Below are positions 1-9,137 of a DNA stretch of 64,000 bases, piece by piece. Position numbers and translations under genes: made by a program. Origin of the DNA: a virus. The stretch lies in the IMG/VR virus record IMGVR_UViG_3300020166_000010; one strand, 5' to 3'. The notes beneath the pieces were generated by a model. The model ran no database searches, was not told where the DNA came from, and saw only the letters and a program-made list of their open reading frames with translations. Each line of letters opens with the position of its first letter. Position 1 is the stretch's first letter.

Positions 1-47
1 ACATCTGAGAAAGACTTAAAAGACTTGATTTTATTCATTTCTGCCAT
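1..47 (-). CDS. 5' end of a gene running off the window (MAEMNKIKSFKSFSD...), possible capsid-targeted protein
   Basis: ATG at 47, frame open to window edge, late-type motif at 82-89; N-terminus resembles the KxKxFxxF motif of the 45-49 kb cluster. Confidence 0.6.
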   Translation of the reverse strand, partial: MAEMNKIKSFKSFSD

Positions 48-81
48 TTTATTAAATTTATTTTATTTTTTACTTGTTTAA

Positions 82-89
82 TATATATC
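82..89 (-). promoter_or_regulatory. late-type promoter motif GATATATA
   Basis: Recurrent DATATATA motif, directly after the uvsW stop. Confidence 0.6.
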
Positions 90-1589
90 TCATTCAAAAG
101 AGACTCTTTTAATATTATAATCAAACTTCTCTTGTTTGTATATTGATTGCCTTGCTTTTCCGTGCTTCCATAAATAATTATCCCACTCTTGTGTTCTAAT
201 ATTATCTACAAAATCTACTATTAATACCTTGTCTTTAGACTCATGTTGTCTTAAACCACGTCCAATTGATTGTCTTATTATTACCTCCGACTTGAACGAT
301 TCAGTAAAGAATATACTATGGATTTTTTTAATGGATATCCCTGTCGAGAACGTACCGTAACTCGCGACAATAACGACCTCGTCACCGGCTTCCATTTTTT
401 TCTTATACTCTTCTCTAATATCTTTGTCTGTTCCACCGTCAACATAAAAAACTCTTTTACTACTGTCCTGTCTAAGCTTTTCATATAATTTTTTACCATG
501 TTCAATCCTGTGGAAAAGAACAAGGGAATTCCTGGGTACTCTACTAATAACACTTGAAACAAAGTCAAGGCGAGCCTCGCTAGTAATGACAAAGTTTTGT
601 TCAAGCGAAAATACATCTTTTCTATCATATTTATTTTGTGCTAATTCTTGGAATGCAAGTCTTTGTTCATCTGTTGCATAGTTCATTTCAATTACCTTAA
701 CCACACATTTTGCAATATGCCCTTGGTTTTGTAAAAAGTTTGCCTTGACTTCGCTAATAACTGGGCCAGTTTGACTCATTAATGTTAACTTGTCTAATGT
801 CCCTTCTTTAGGAATTGTTCCAGATAAACCAAATTTATATTGTGCACTAGTACATTTCTGTAAAATTGTCTTTATTGAATTACTCTTTGCTTTATGTGTT
901 TCATCAACAAGTACTGCATCAAACTGTTCAAAGTATTCAACATTCTTTTTTACTAGTGACTGATACGTTCCAATAATAATATTTTTATTTGATTTGATTT
1001 TTTGACCTGCAAAGATTTGTTGAATCTTTAACGGTATTTTATTCATGTAATTATAATCATGAAAATCTTCATGTGCTTGTAATACTAACGAAACATTAGG
1101 TACAATCATTAAGATTTTTTCAGCCTTTCCTTTTTCTAACATATATGCTATAGTTAGAAAACTAATAAGAGTTTTACCTGCTGACGTTGCTAGCTCTGCT
1201 AAGCACTTTCTAAATTTAAGTATATTGTATGCTGTTTCAATTTGATAATCTCTAGGCGTAATCTCAGCTCCTTTAAAAAAGTCAAGTGCCCATTTTTCAA
1301 ATGTCTCTGCATTTATATTAGGATCTATTAAACGTTTGATTCCGTTCATTTCAATCTCTAGGTTATAGTCTTTACATATTTGTAAAACATGGCGCCATAA
1401 TCCAGCTGGGATCCATTTGTCATCTTTTATATAAGATACATATCCATCCCAAACTCCTCGCTTTACTAACGGGTTAAATCTCCAGCTCTCGATTCTTTTC
1501 GTGAGGGAGATTGTAATTTGTTCTAATTCAAGTTCAGTCGCATCATCAATTCTTAAGAACTGATTATCATCTGTTAATGTGAGTATCAA
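90..1589 (-). CDS. uvsW: UvsW-like SF2 DNA helicase
   Basis: PRDYQ Q-motif, Walker A ATSAGKT, DETH, GLSGT, QSIGRGLR; 499 aa; next to UvsY/primase/gp32. Confidence 0.9.
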   Translation of the reverse strand: MILTLTDDNQFLRIDDATELELEQITISLTKRIESWRFNPLVKRGVWDGYVSYIKDDKWIPAGLWRHVLQICKDYNLEIEMNGIKRLIDPNINAETFEKWALDFFKGAEITPRDYQIETAYNILKFRKCLAELATSAGKTLISFLTIAYMLEKGKAEKILMIVPNVSLVLQAHEDFHDYNYMNKIPLKIQQIFAGQKIKSNKNIIIGTYQSLVKKNVEYFEQFDAVLVDETHKAKSNSIKTILQKCTSAQYKFGLSGTIPKEGTLDKLTLMSQTGPVISEVKANFLQNQGHIAKCVVKVIEMNYATDEQRLAFQELAQNKYDRKDVFSLEQNFVITSEARLDFVSSVISRVPRNSLVLFHRIEHGKKLYEKLRQDSSKRVFYVDGGTDKDIREEYKKKMEAGDEVVIVASYGTFSTGISIKKIHSIFFTESFKSEVIIRQSIGRGLRQHESKDKVLIVDFVDNIRTQEWDNYLWKHGKARQSIYKQEKFDYNIKRVSFE

Positions 1590-1607
1590 TATTCATAATA
1601 CTATTTT

Positions 1608-2039
1608 TTATAACTTAGACATGTCTAGGCGATTCTTTATTGCAAAGCCCATATTATCTAAGGTTTTCACAGTGCCTTCAAAAAAGGCTTTCTGTGATTC
1701 TAGTAATTCTAGCAGTTGATTGTCTTCTGCTAAATCTGCTAGTAAAAACTTTTCACGCTGTTTGTCTGTTAGTTTATAATCGTAACTATAGTACTCAATC
1801 CACTTTGTTTTATATTTCTGATCAACTGTGGTTTTTTGAGAACGTATTCTAATAGACATCGACGTTAAGCTTTCAATTAATATCTGTCTGTAACTTAAAG
1901 AATAAGAGCTAACTTTTTCTAAATTATTACCTAATTTTAAATCTTCAGTTAGTGCTTTGATTTTATCTGTCCAGTCTAATCTCTGCTTTCCTAGATATTC
2001 ATCTAGTTTTAGTATTTTACTTTTTAAGTCTGTTGCCAT
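1608..2039 (-). CDS. uvsY: UvsY-like recombination mediator
   Basis: 143 aa helical protein ending in ...LDNMGFAIKNRLD, typical of the UvsY C-terminus; adjacent to uvsW. Confidence 0.7.
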   Translation of the reverse strand: MATDLKSKILKLDEYLGKQRLDWTDKIKALTEDLKLGNNLEKVSSYSLSYRQILIESLTSMSIRIRSQKTTVDQKYKTKWIEYYSYDYKLTDKQREKFLLADLAEDNQLLELLESQKAFFEGTVKTLDNMGFAIKNRLDMSKL

Positions 2040-2049
2040 TTATTGTATT

Positions 2050-2271
2050 TTAAAATAATTGGTTTTTATTAGTTTTAAAATTCTTTATATAAACCGTTGT
2101 GTTAATTTTCTTTTTTAATTTCGGATCAGATATTACCATGTTCTTTTCATTATAATTAATGATTGAACTACTAAAGCTAATTAATTCTTTAATATTTTTT
2201 CTACGGTTTTTATCTTCTTCGAATTCTAGAAATTCCTCATCGATCATATCGATTACATTATTTTTTATCAT
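2050..2271 (-). CDS. hypothetical protein
   Basis: 73 aa ORF, ATGA overlap with the primase stop. Confidence 0.55.
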   Translation of the reverse strand: MIKNNVIDMIDEEFLEFEEDKNRRKNIKELISFSSSIINYNEKNMVISDPKLKKKINTTVYIKNFKTNKNQLF

Positions 2272-3395
2272 AGGTAAAATGCATCCAGTTTTGAGTTACT
2301 AAAATACTTTGAAAGATCTTTAATACAGTTATCTTTTAAATAATATGCAACCCTAACCAGGTCATTTAAATCACCTAATTCTTTAGGATATTTATCTCTG
2401 TTATTTTTATCAACCGAGTCTAGCCATTTGTCATACCTTAAATCTAGCTTAGTGTCATCTAGAAATTTAGTCCACATAAATATTTCTTTGCCTCTTCGAA
2501 GCTTTTCCATCATTTTCTTTTTACCAGTAGGATCATTATCAAACATATAACGTATTGTAGGTATCTCATCAAACTCATCAGTAGATCTACCTGCTGTTGC
2601 TAGTCCAATACTATTTTGCATAAACATTGCATCAATAGGTCCTTCAAACATTGTTACCTGTCTTTGTAAATCAACTAATAAAACTCCGAATAGGGTTGAT
2701 ATTTTCTTTAGACTTATTAATTCATCTATAGAAACTCCCATATCCTTTTTCATTTCTTGATATATTTTTTCAATATCATAAGTCAGATATCTAGCACTTT
2801 TATGTTTTGATAGGGCTCTAGTTTGAAATCCAATAACTTTACCGTTTGGTGCTAAATTAAGAACTACCATCCTACGATCTTTAGGAGAATACATAAAGTT
2901 TTCTAACTTATGGGATAGCATCCTACCTCTTAAATAGAAATAACCAGGATCTCCTACTTCAATTTCTTTAAATCCGAAAGTAGTTTTAAGTTCATCTCTA
3001 GTTGGGGCTAAGTCATATATCTTTTTAAATACATCATGTTCTAAGACTTCAACAGTTGCTGCAGTTACCTTATGTTCTTGTATAAAATCAATAACTTTAA
3101 TCGAATCTTCTCGATCTTGAAATCCGATATGGTGATCTTTTAGTAAACTATATACATCGCCATGTTGGCTGCAATTGAAACAGTGATACTGTAAACTATC
3201 CCAATAGATACTACCTCTTTTCTTATAAGTATCAGTGTGGCTATCTCCACAATAAGGGCATGCCAGGCTCAAACGGCCTGGCATTTCCTTAAGCATCCTT
3301 TTATTAGGGTCAGTATGTTGGGTTGTAACAACCTGTTTTACTAAACTTCTAATTTTAGATTTTAATGATTCGTCTATCTTAGATGTCGAGGTCAT
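2268..3395 (-). CDS. DNA primase (T4 gp61-like)
   Basis: Zn-binding CPYCGDS...HCFNC, GFQTRAL, TOPRIM EGPIDAMF and FDND, DLND. Confidence 0.88.
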   Translation of the reverse strand: MTSTSKIDESLKSKIRSLVKQVVTTQHTDPNKRMLKEMPGRLSLACPYCGDSHTDTYKKRGSIYWDSLQYHCFNCSQHGDVYSLLKDHHIGFQDREDSIKVIDFIQEHKVTAATVEVLEHDVFKKIYDLAPTRDELKTTFGFKEIEVGDPGYFYLRGRMLSHKLENFMYSPKDRRMVVLNLAPNGKVIGFQTRALSKHKSARYLTYDIEKIYQEMKKDMGVSIDELISLKKISTLFGVLLVDLQRQVTMFEGPIDAMFMQNSIGLATAGRSTDEFDEIPTIRYMFDNDPTGKKKMMEKLRRGKEIFMWTKFLDDTKLDLRYDKWLDSVDKNNRDKYPKELGDLNDLVRVAYYLKDNCIKDLSKYFSNSKLDAFYL

Positions 3396-4293
3396 TCAAG
3401 AAAGAATCTAGATCATCTCCGTCTTCTGCGCTAGCGACAGGGGTTGGTGATGGATTAGTATTCGTTGCTTCAGTTGCGACTGCAGCAGCTACTTTAGCTT
3501 TAACTGGTGCTGCTTTCGGCTTTGAAGTAACAGTGTCCATTGAGCTACCTGGATTCAGGTATTGTCTTAGGATTCCGTTAACAAAGTCTCTTGCATCTCC
3601 GTCCCATGCTTTATATTCATAAGGCTCTAGTGATGGTGCAGCGTCTAGTTCAGCTTTAATAGTAGCCATAGACTCTTTATTTCTTTCTGCAGGCTCTCCT
3701 TCAATTGAGATTGCTGAGCGGCTTGCTGAGAATTTAGATTTATCATAGTTGTTATATTCACCCTGTCTTGTAATAATCAACTCAAAGTTTTTACCTTCAA
3801 ATAGGTCAAATACTTGTGTTGGTTCACCAAAAGCTGGCTTTAATTCCTCGTCGATCTTTTCTTTGATCTTATAACCGAACTTGTATACCATATATTGGCC
3901 TTCAAGTGCTGTGTTCTGAGGATCTTTAACTACTTTGATAAGTGCGTAGTATTGTTCACGTCTTTTAAGTTTCTCACTCATCTTACGGTCTACTGCTGAA
4001 TCACTGTTACGTAATTTGAAAAATGATTCTGCAATTGGACAACTTTCTCCAACAGAACTAGGTGAATCGATTAATCGACCGTTACCTGAGGCATCTGTTA
4101 GCCAGTGTACGTATTTTTTAACTAATGAGTTACGTGGATTTGATGGATTTGGAACGAAACGTATTAACGCTTTGTAGGTTCCATCTTTACCTTGATCAGC
4201 ACTAGGTTTGTAGATTACATCTGTCTTAGTGTTTTGTTGATCGTGTGTTTCGACGTCTGAGACGCCTAAATTGAAAATGTCAAAATCTGCCAT
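3379..4293 (-). CDS. single-stranded DNA-binding protein (T4 gp32-like)
   Basis: ALIRFVP, CPI, YKFGYKIKEKI, GKNFELII, YNNYDKSKF, acidic tail DDLDSFLNDLDI. Confidence 0.88.
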   Translation of the reverse strand: MADFDIFNLGVSDVETHDQQNTKTDVIYKPSADQGKDGTYKALIRFVPNPSNPRNSLVKKYVHWLTDASGNGRLIDSPSSVGESCPIAESFFKLRNSDSAVDRKMSEKLKRREQYYALIKVVKDPQNTALEGQYMVYKFGYKIKEKIDEELKPAFGEPTQVFDLFEGKNFELIITRQGEYNNYDKSKFSASRSAISIEGEPAERNKESMATIKAELDAAPSLEPYEYKAWDGDARDFVNGILRQYLNPGSSMDTVTSKPKAAPVKAKVAAAVATEATNTNPSPTPVASAEDGDDLDSFLNDLDI

Positions 4294-4372
4294 GTCTTTA
4301 ATTCTTTTAATTTGTTAAACTTTAAATTCTTTGATCGTTAATTCTTTCGGTACCTTTAATAAACTTTCATGT
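4294..4372 (-). promoter_or_regulatory. A/U-rich repeated leader of the gp32-like gene (possible translational operator)
   Basis: Three AAAGAATT(T)AA copies in the ~80 nt upstream of the ATG. Confidence 0.45.
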
Positions 4373-4373
4373 A

Positions 4374-4400
4374 TTATATAAGAGACTTTATAAAAGTTTC
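4374..4400 (-). promoter_or_regulatory. middle-type promoter GAAAC-N16-ATATAAT
   Basis: One of six AAAC-N16-RTATAA copies. Confidence 0.65.
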
Positions 4401-4413
4401 AAATATAATTAAA

Positions 4414-4602
4414 CTATATATCAAAATTATATAGAGCACCTTCCTCGTCAACAAAATTCTTACCATCTGCTGATATCCTAAGCCCGGCTTTCTCTAATAT
4501 CTCTAAGCTTTCTTTTTTTGTTATTCGGTCTGTTGAGACCATCATGTCTAAAGTACGTTTTAAATCCATAAGGTTGTGGGATCCTATTTTATTGTTTTGC
4601 AT
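4414..4602 (-). CDS. hypothetical protein
   Basis: 62 aa ORF with A-rich leader; a GATATATA motif overlaps its stop (4415-4422). Confidence 0.6.
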   Translation of the reverse strand: MQNNKIGSHNLMDLKRTLDMMVSTDRITKKESLEILEKAGLRISADGKNFVDEEGALYNFDI

Positions 4603-4678
4603 TATTATTAAATTATTTTTATTAGTTATGAAACTTTATTACCCGAAGACAGTATAAGTTATGTCTTTAAGCTGAAAG

Positions 4679-5329
4679 TTAAATATGGTTCAAAGTCTGA
4701 ATATAAGAGTTCAAGAAGTAGGCGTCCACCAAGTCATCAAAGGGTTTTGGAATCTTATTTGTTTCACCGATTTCATTAACACAAAAAAGAAGGAATTCAG
4801 AGTCTCGAATAATCTCATCCGTTCCTGTTCCATTTTCAATAAAGACTTTCCATAACTGAGACTTATTCATGTTACCTTTACCGGCATGCTTCTTTATTGT
4901 TGAAGGCGCGACAGTCTCGATTGTTATTGGATTAAAAGCTTCTAAAATCTTAAGTTTAAGTATTGCGGCACCAGCTGCCATGTCGATAATATTGTTAGTT
5001 CCTTGCTTTGAGCCGAAACTAGTTCCTTCAAATGCAAAAACAAATTGAGTTTCCCCCTTTGTAAGATCTTTAATAATTTTAATAATATCGTTTGCTGATG
5101 TGATATATCTGTTAATCTTACCTAACTCAACTGAAGAGTATTCTCCAACGTTAGTAAAATCAGGTTGCTCTTTTAAAATAACATCAGATAGTAATCCCAT
5201 GTCTTCTTGCAACAGTTGTTGTTTTTTAGTTCCGGATTTTGGTTTTAAATAAGAAATAAAATGATAGGTGTCTTTGAAAATACAAATACCTGGTGAATTT
5301 AATGAAAAGTCAATTGTTACGTATGTCAT
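4679..5329 (-). CDS. RuvC-like Holliday junction resolvase
   Basis: IDFSLNSPG, FAFEG, VAPSTIKKHAGKGN, DDLVDAY (RNase H-fold acidic motifs). Confidence 0.8.
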   Translation of the reverse strand: MTYVTIDFSLNSPGICIFKDTYHFISYLKPKSGTKKQQLLQEDMGLLSDVILKEQPDFTNVGEYSSVELGKINRYITSANDIIKIIKDLTKGETQFVFAFEGTSFGSKQGTNNIIDMAAGAAILKLKILEAFNPITIETVAPSTIKKHAGKGNMNKSQLWKVFIENGTGTDEIIRDSEFLLFCVNEIGETNKIPKPFDDLVDAYFLNSYIQTLNHI

Positions 5330-5698
5330 TTATAAAGCTTTACCGATAGCAGCACCTAAAGCGGCTCCAACTAATCGTGAGGTTAACATATCATAAAATA
5401 CTCCTTTTTGAATCCCTAATACTTTGGCAATAGTTTTACCAACGGTTTTACCAAGAGCAAATCCAGTTAATCCTCCAAATATAGAACCGAACATTCCTTC
5501 ATTAGTCATTTCATCATTAAAAGAGTTAATGTCGTAAGAACCGTCTTCTAGTTGGTATTCTTTCGTAAATTGCTCTAACGCTGCATCGACTTTTTCTTCA
5601 AGTTCAGTTGTCCATTCAGATTGTAAAGACTCAGTTAATACACTAAGCTCTTTTTCAGTTATGTCTTGTTCCTTAATTAATTCTAAAAATGTTTTCAT
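5330..5698 (-). CDS. putative internal virion protein: capsid-targeting N-terminus, acidic pro-region, C-terminal glycine zipper
   Basis: MKTFLELIKE start; GxxxG-rich amphipathic C-terminus; late motif 5 nt upstream. Confidence 0.6.
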   Translation of the reverse strand: MKTFLELIKEQDITEKELSVLTESLQSEWTTELEEKVDAALEQFTKEYQLEDGSYDINSFNDEMTNEGMFGSIFGGLTGFALGKTVGKTIAKVLGIQKGVFYDMLTSRLVGAALGAAIGKAL

Positions 5699-5703
5699 AT
5701 AAG

Positions 5704-5711
5704 TATATATC
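5704..5711 (-). promoter_or_regulatory. late-type promoter motif GATATATA
   Basis: Recurrent motif, 5 nt before the ATG at 5698. Confidence 0.6.
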
Positions 5712-6263
5712 TTAGTCTATTTCTAACTTTAAATTAAACTTGTTATAATAGAAGTTTATTGTGAATGTATTAAACTCTGCAATATTAGAACTCATATTTA
5801 ATTCCAGTTCGGTAATTGAGTTCATAATTGGTTTTTCAAATACAGCACTCATTACGTGTATTCCCTCTCCATCTAATATTTGTAATTTTAAATCTTCTAA
5901 AAAAGGTTTCTTAGTTTGTCTTGCATAATAATATAAAAGAGTATCTTGCATTATCCAATAGTTAATATAACCATCTAGTAATTGCATTTCAACCGTAAAT
6001 TGTCTTTCTACTGTGTTTTGGATAGGCACTGCTCCTCGATGATATGTTGTTGTTCCATCATTTGAAGATTGTTCAACTGGATCAAAAGATAAACCAGGAA
6101 TTCCAATTCCCTGTACTGAGTAATTTATAAAATCAATAGGCTCAGTTAGTAAATTACCAGGAACCCTATTCAGGTAATTTCTATACTTTTCAGCTACTTC
6201 TTCCGGTATAAACTTTCTAGGAAATTTAAAATTAAATAAATTATTTCTGCTGTTTAAAATCAT
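5712..6263 (-). CDS. tail-tube-like structural protein
   Basis: 183 aa; SVQGIGIPGLSF and C-terminal FTINFYY resemble the tube/tube-terminator fold; structural operon. Confidence 0.5.
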   Translation of the reverse strand: MILNSRNNLFNFKFPRKFIPEEVAEKYRNYLNRVPGNLLTEPIDFINYSVQGIGIPGLSFDPVEQSSNDGTTTYHRGAVPIQNTVERQFTVEMQLLDGYINYWIMQDTLLYYYARQTKKPFLEDLKLQILDGEGIHVMSAVFEKPIMNSITELELNMSSNIAEFNTFTINFYYNKFNLKLEID

Positions 6264-8323
6264 TATATGATATTTACTTTTCCGTAATATAATAAAGACT
6301 CTGTGTCTCCATTCTTTAGGTTAATATAAAATTTGTCTGGAAATATGTTCGTGTCCTTTTGATCAAATCTACTTGCAATCGCTTTAGATACTTTAAATAA
6401 AACTTCACCTTTTCCTAGATCAATATCTGGAAAATTAGGATCATGATATACTTGTTGTTCTCTCGATCCACTCTTAATAATAAGAATAATATCGTCAGCA
6501 TTTACTAAACTAATAGATTCTATATCATTTCCCTTTGGTCTTCCAATGCTAAATTTAACAAAGTTATCTGAAACCTTTGATAGAGTTATTGTTGTATCTC
6601 CTTCTGGTTGGTAATTTATTTCATTAACTGATAATGATTCGGTAGCTTCTAAGGTTACATTTGTAGAACCTGCTAAAATTCCATAAGTATCTAACGCAAC
6701 TGGTACGTATTTTGTTTCTCCGATCGCCGGTCTTATTGAATTAACAAATTGGTTTAACTCTCTATTTACTTGTGTGTTTGCTAATTTATTATAAACAACA
6801 GTCGGTGTTAGATTGTCGCTTAAATTAATTCTACTCATTCTTTTTCCATACTTCTTAGGTTTGTTATAAACTAAAGAAGCAATCTTTAATATTTGAGTGT
6901 TATCTGTTTCATTATAAATTCTCATACCAACAGTTAACAAAAAGTTACTTGACACTGCTGAGTTTAAAATTACAGGCCTATATATAATAGGTTCGTCGTA
7001 ATTTGCTATTTGAGAAAAAGATGTTCTATATGTGCTTACATAATTTAATCCTAATTGCTCGCTAACTTCTACATCGTAAAAAACTGTAATATCATCGCCA
7101 GAACTTTGAAGTCTTCCATTAATATAATTCTCAAAACCTGAAGTTGATCCGTCCTTTGTTCCGTATATCTCAAAATAATCACCAGCACTTGATTCTTGTA
7201 ATGTAACTGCAATGTCTACAAATTCATCTTCACTTGAAAGTGTTAACTCCCTAGAATCAGATATTTCAATATAGTCATATCCATTTACCGTCTTTACCGT
7301 TTCGATTAAATTTAATTTAATTTCATAGTTCGCTGCATCATCTACTGATTGTTGACCTGTTCCGAAAAAAGAATCGTTAAACTCTTTATTTTTTGCAGGG
7401 TCATTCATGTATACTAATGAAGGAACCTTTATTTCTATGTATTTTGAAAAAGAACTATCAGAAAGTGTAAATGGTTTAGGGTTTTGAATTTCAAAACTAG
7501 AAGAATTTAAATAAACTAAAGAAGTAAAATAATTATATTCTCCATCAGCCTCTTTTCTTGCCTTTACTTGAAAGTTAAAACCTTCATATCCTCTTCCACT
7601 AAAAGAATATCCTGTTCTTAAGTGAAGTCTTATAGTATCATACCATACAGCTTGTACATTATTAGTAGGGACTACTGTTAAACTACTAGATGGATCTCCT
7701 GCCCATTCGTTTGAATCTAAATAATCTAATCCATTATTTAATAAAGCTAACACGTTGTCATTGTTGGTTGGTACCGCATAATATCTACCTCCTTCTCCCG
7801 GGGCAGTCTTAATAGTATTACCTGTTTCCTGTAGAGGTCTAGCATATAAAGAATTTGCTCTATCTCCAACTACTATATTTCCTCCAACTAAAACTTCTCC
7901 TGCTAAATCAGTATATGTATATGCATATGACCCATTTGTATTAGGCGTAAAAATTACAATTCCGTTTATTGGTGATTGTTGAATTCCATTAATATAAAAT
8001 CCATTAATATTATCTATACTAGGATCATTTAGATCAAACTTGTATGTTAATCCATTTTTAACTAGTAATTCTCGTGCTGCGAAATTATTAACATAAATAT
8101 ATCCGTTTGCTACGTTAACTGTAAAATTAACAACATCAGATCCTAATTCATGAATTAACATTCTAGGTGCTGTATTGCTTCCTACTACTGTGTTTAAGTA
8201 CTTTAGCTGACTTCCGTTATCATCGTTCTCGATTTCCACTAAATCAGGTGCACTTTGATCATTGTAGATAAATTCTAATAGAATATCCTCGTCTAATCTT
8301 GCAAACTTTGATGATTGTGCCAT
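6263..8323 (-). CDS. virion structural protein
   Basis: 686 aa, beta-rich, translationally coupled within the structural operon. Confidence 0.6.
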   Translation of the reverse strand: MAQSSKFARLDEDILLEFIYNDQSAPDLVEIENDDNGSQLKYLNTVVGSNTAPRMLIHELGSDVVNFTVNVANGYIYVNNFAARELLVKNGLTYKFDLNDPSIDNINGFYINGIQQSPINGIVIFTPNTNGSYAYTYTDLAGEVLVGGNIVVGDRANSLYARPLQETGNTIKTAPGEGGRYYAVPTNNDNVLALLNNGLDYLDSNEWAGDPSSSLTVVPTNNVQAVWYDTIRLHLRTGYSFSGRGYEGFNFQVKARKEADGEYNYFTSLVYLNSSSFEIQNPKPFTLSDSSFSKYIEIKVPSLVYMNDPAKNKEFNDSFFGTGQQSVDDAANYEIKLNLIETVKTVNGYDYIEISDSRELTLSSEDEFVDIAVTLQESSAGDYFEIYGTKDGSTSGFENYINGRLQSSGDDITVFYDVEVSEQLGLNYVSTYRTSFSQIANYDEPIIYRPVILNSAVSSNFLLTVGMRIYNETDNTQILKIASLVYNKPKKYGKRMSRINLSDNLTPTVVYNKLANTQVNRELNQFVNSIRPAIGETKYVPVALDTYGILAGSTNVTLEATESLSVNEINYQPEGDTTITLSKVSDNFVKFSIGRPKGNDIESISLVNADDIILIIKSGSREQQVYHDPNFPDIDLGKGEVLFKVSKAIASRFDQKDTNIFPDKFYINLKNGDTESLLYYGKVNII

Positions 8324-8338
8324 TTTCTTTTTATTATT

Positions 8339-9136
8339 TTAAAATTTTAACCAAGCCGGTGAATAATAAACTCCAATCCCGATTGAAGGTCCTGTGCTTA
8401 TTACTTGGTTGTTATTTAAATTGATTCCATATCCGAAACCAACTCCAATTGACCAACCTGCTTTTTTATTATATGTTTGATTTAATTTATCATTAACTAT
8501 ATTAATATTTTCAATCGCAGTAAAATTTAAACCAGGATATGGGGTTGTAATTCTTAAAACTTCTCTTCCTTCTTCTGAAACTAATGCAGTTGTTAAACTA
8601 ATACCTTGATTAAAATCAAACCTAGAGGATTTAATAGTAAACATTGAATCTAACTTTGTTAGTTTCAATTCTCCAGTAAACTCTCTGTAATTATATTTAT
8701 CCCAGTTTTTATTGTCACTAAAATTAAAAGTAACAGTGTCTTTACTTTGTGAAACTGCCACGTTTGAATTTAAAATCGAATCTTTGATAGTTAAATCAGT
8801 TGAGATTAATGTGTTTATGTTTTCAAGTTTTGTTTTTTCTTTAAGTACCTTATTATATCTATTTAATAAGTTCGATTTATCAGACTCTAAAACCTCAACG
8901 TCGTATTCAAATGAAGCTATTCTAGAAACTAGTTGGCCACTTTTATTTTTCTCTATTAAGATTGAATCTTGTGCCGCTTTATAATTATTAAAATTTCTAT
9001 CTGCAATCTTTTCAGTACTCTGTAAATCTTCTTTAAGGTTTGAAATTTGATTACATTGTTTTAAAACTAACAAAACGACAATAGCGATTCCTATGAATCG
9101 CAATAATGTCTTATTATTTAATATATTTTTTATCAT
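8339..9136 (-). CDS. membrane-anchored coiled-coil protein with C-terminal Gly/aromatic beta-hairpin (spanin-like candidate)
   Basis: N-terminal hydrophobic helix ending in Cys, heptad region, C-terminal WSIGVGFGYG...IGIGVYY...KF. Confidence 0.5.
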   Translation of the reverse strand: MIKNILNNKTLLRFIGIAIVVLLVLKQCNQISNLKEDLQSTEKIADRNFNNYKAAQDSILIEKNKSGQLVSRIASFEYDVEVLESDKSNLLNRYNKVLKEKTKLENINTLISTDLTIKDSILNSNVAVSQSKDTVTFNFSDNKNWDKYNYREFTGELKLTKLDSMFTIKSSRFDFNQGISLTTALVSEEGREVLRITTPYPGLNFTAIENINIVNDKLNQTYNKKAGWSIGVGFGYGINLNNNQVISTGPSIGIGVYYSPAWLKF

Positions 9137-9137
9137 T

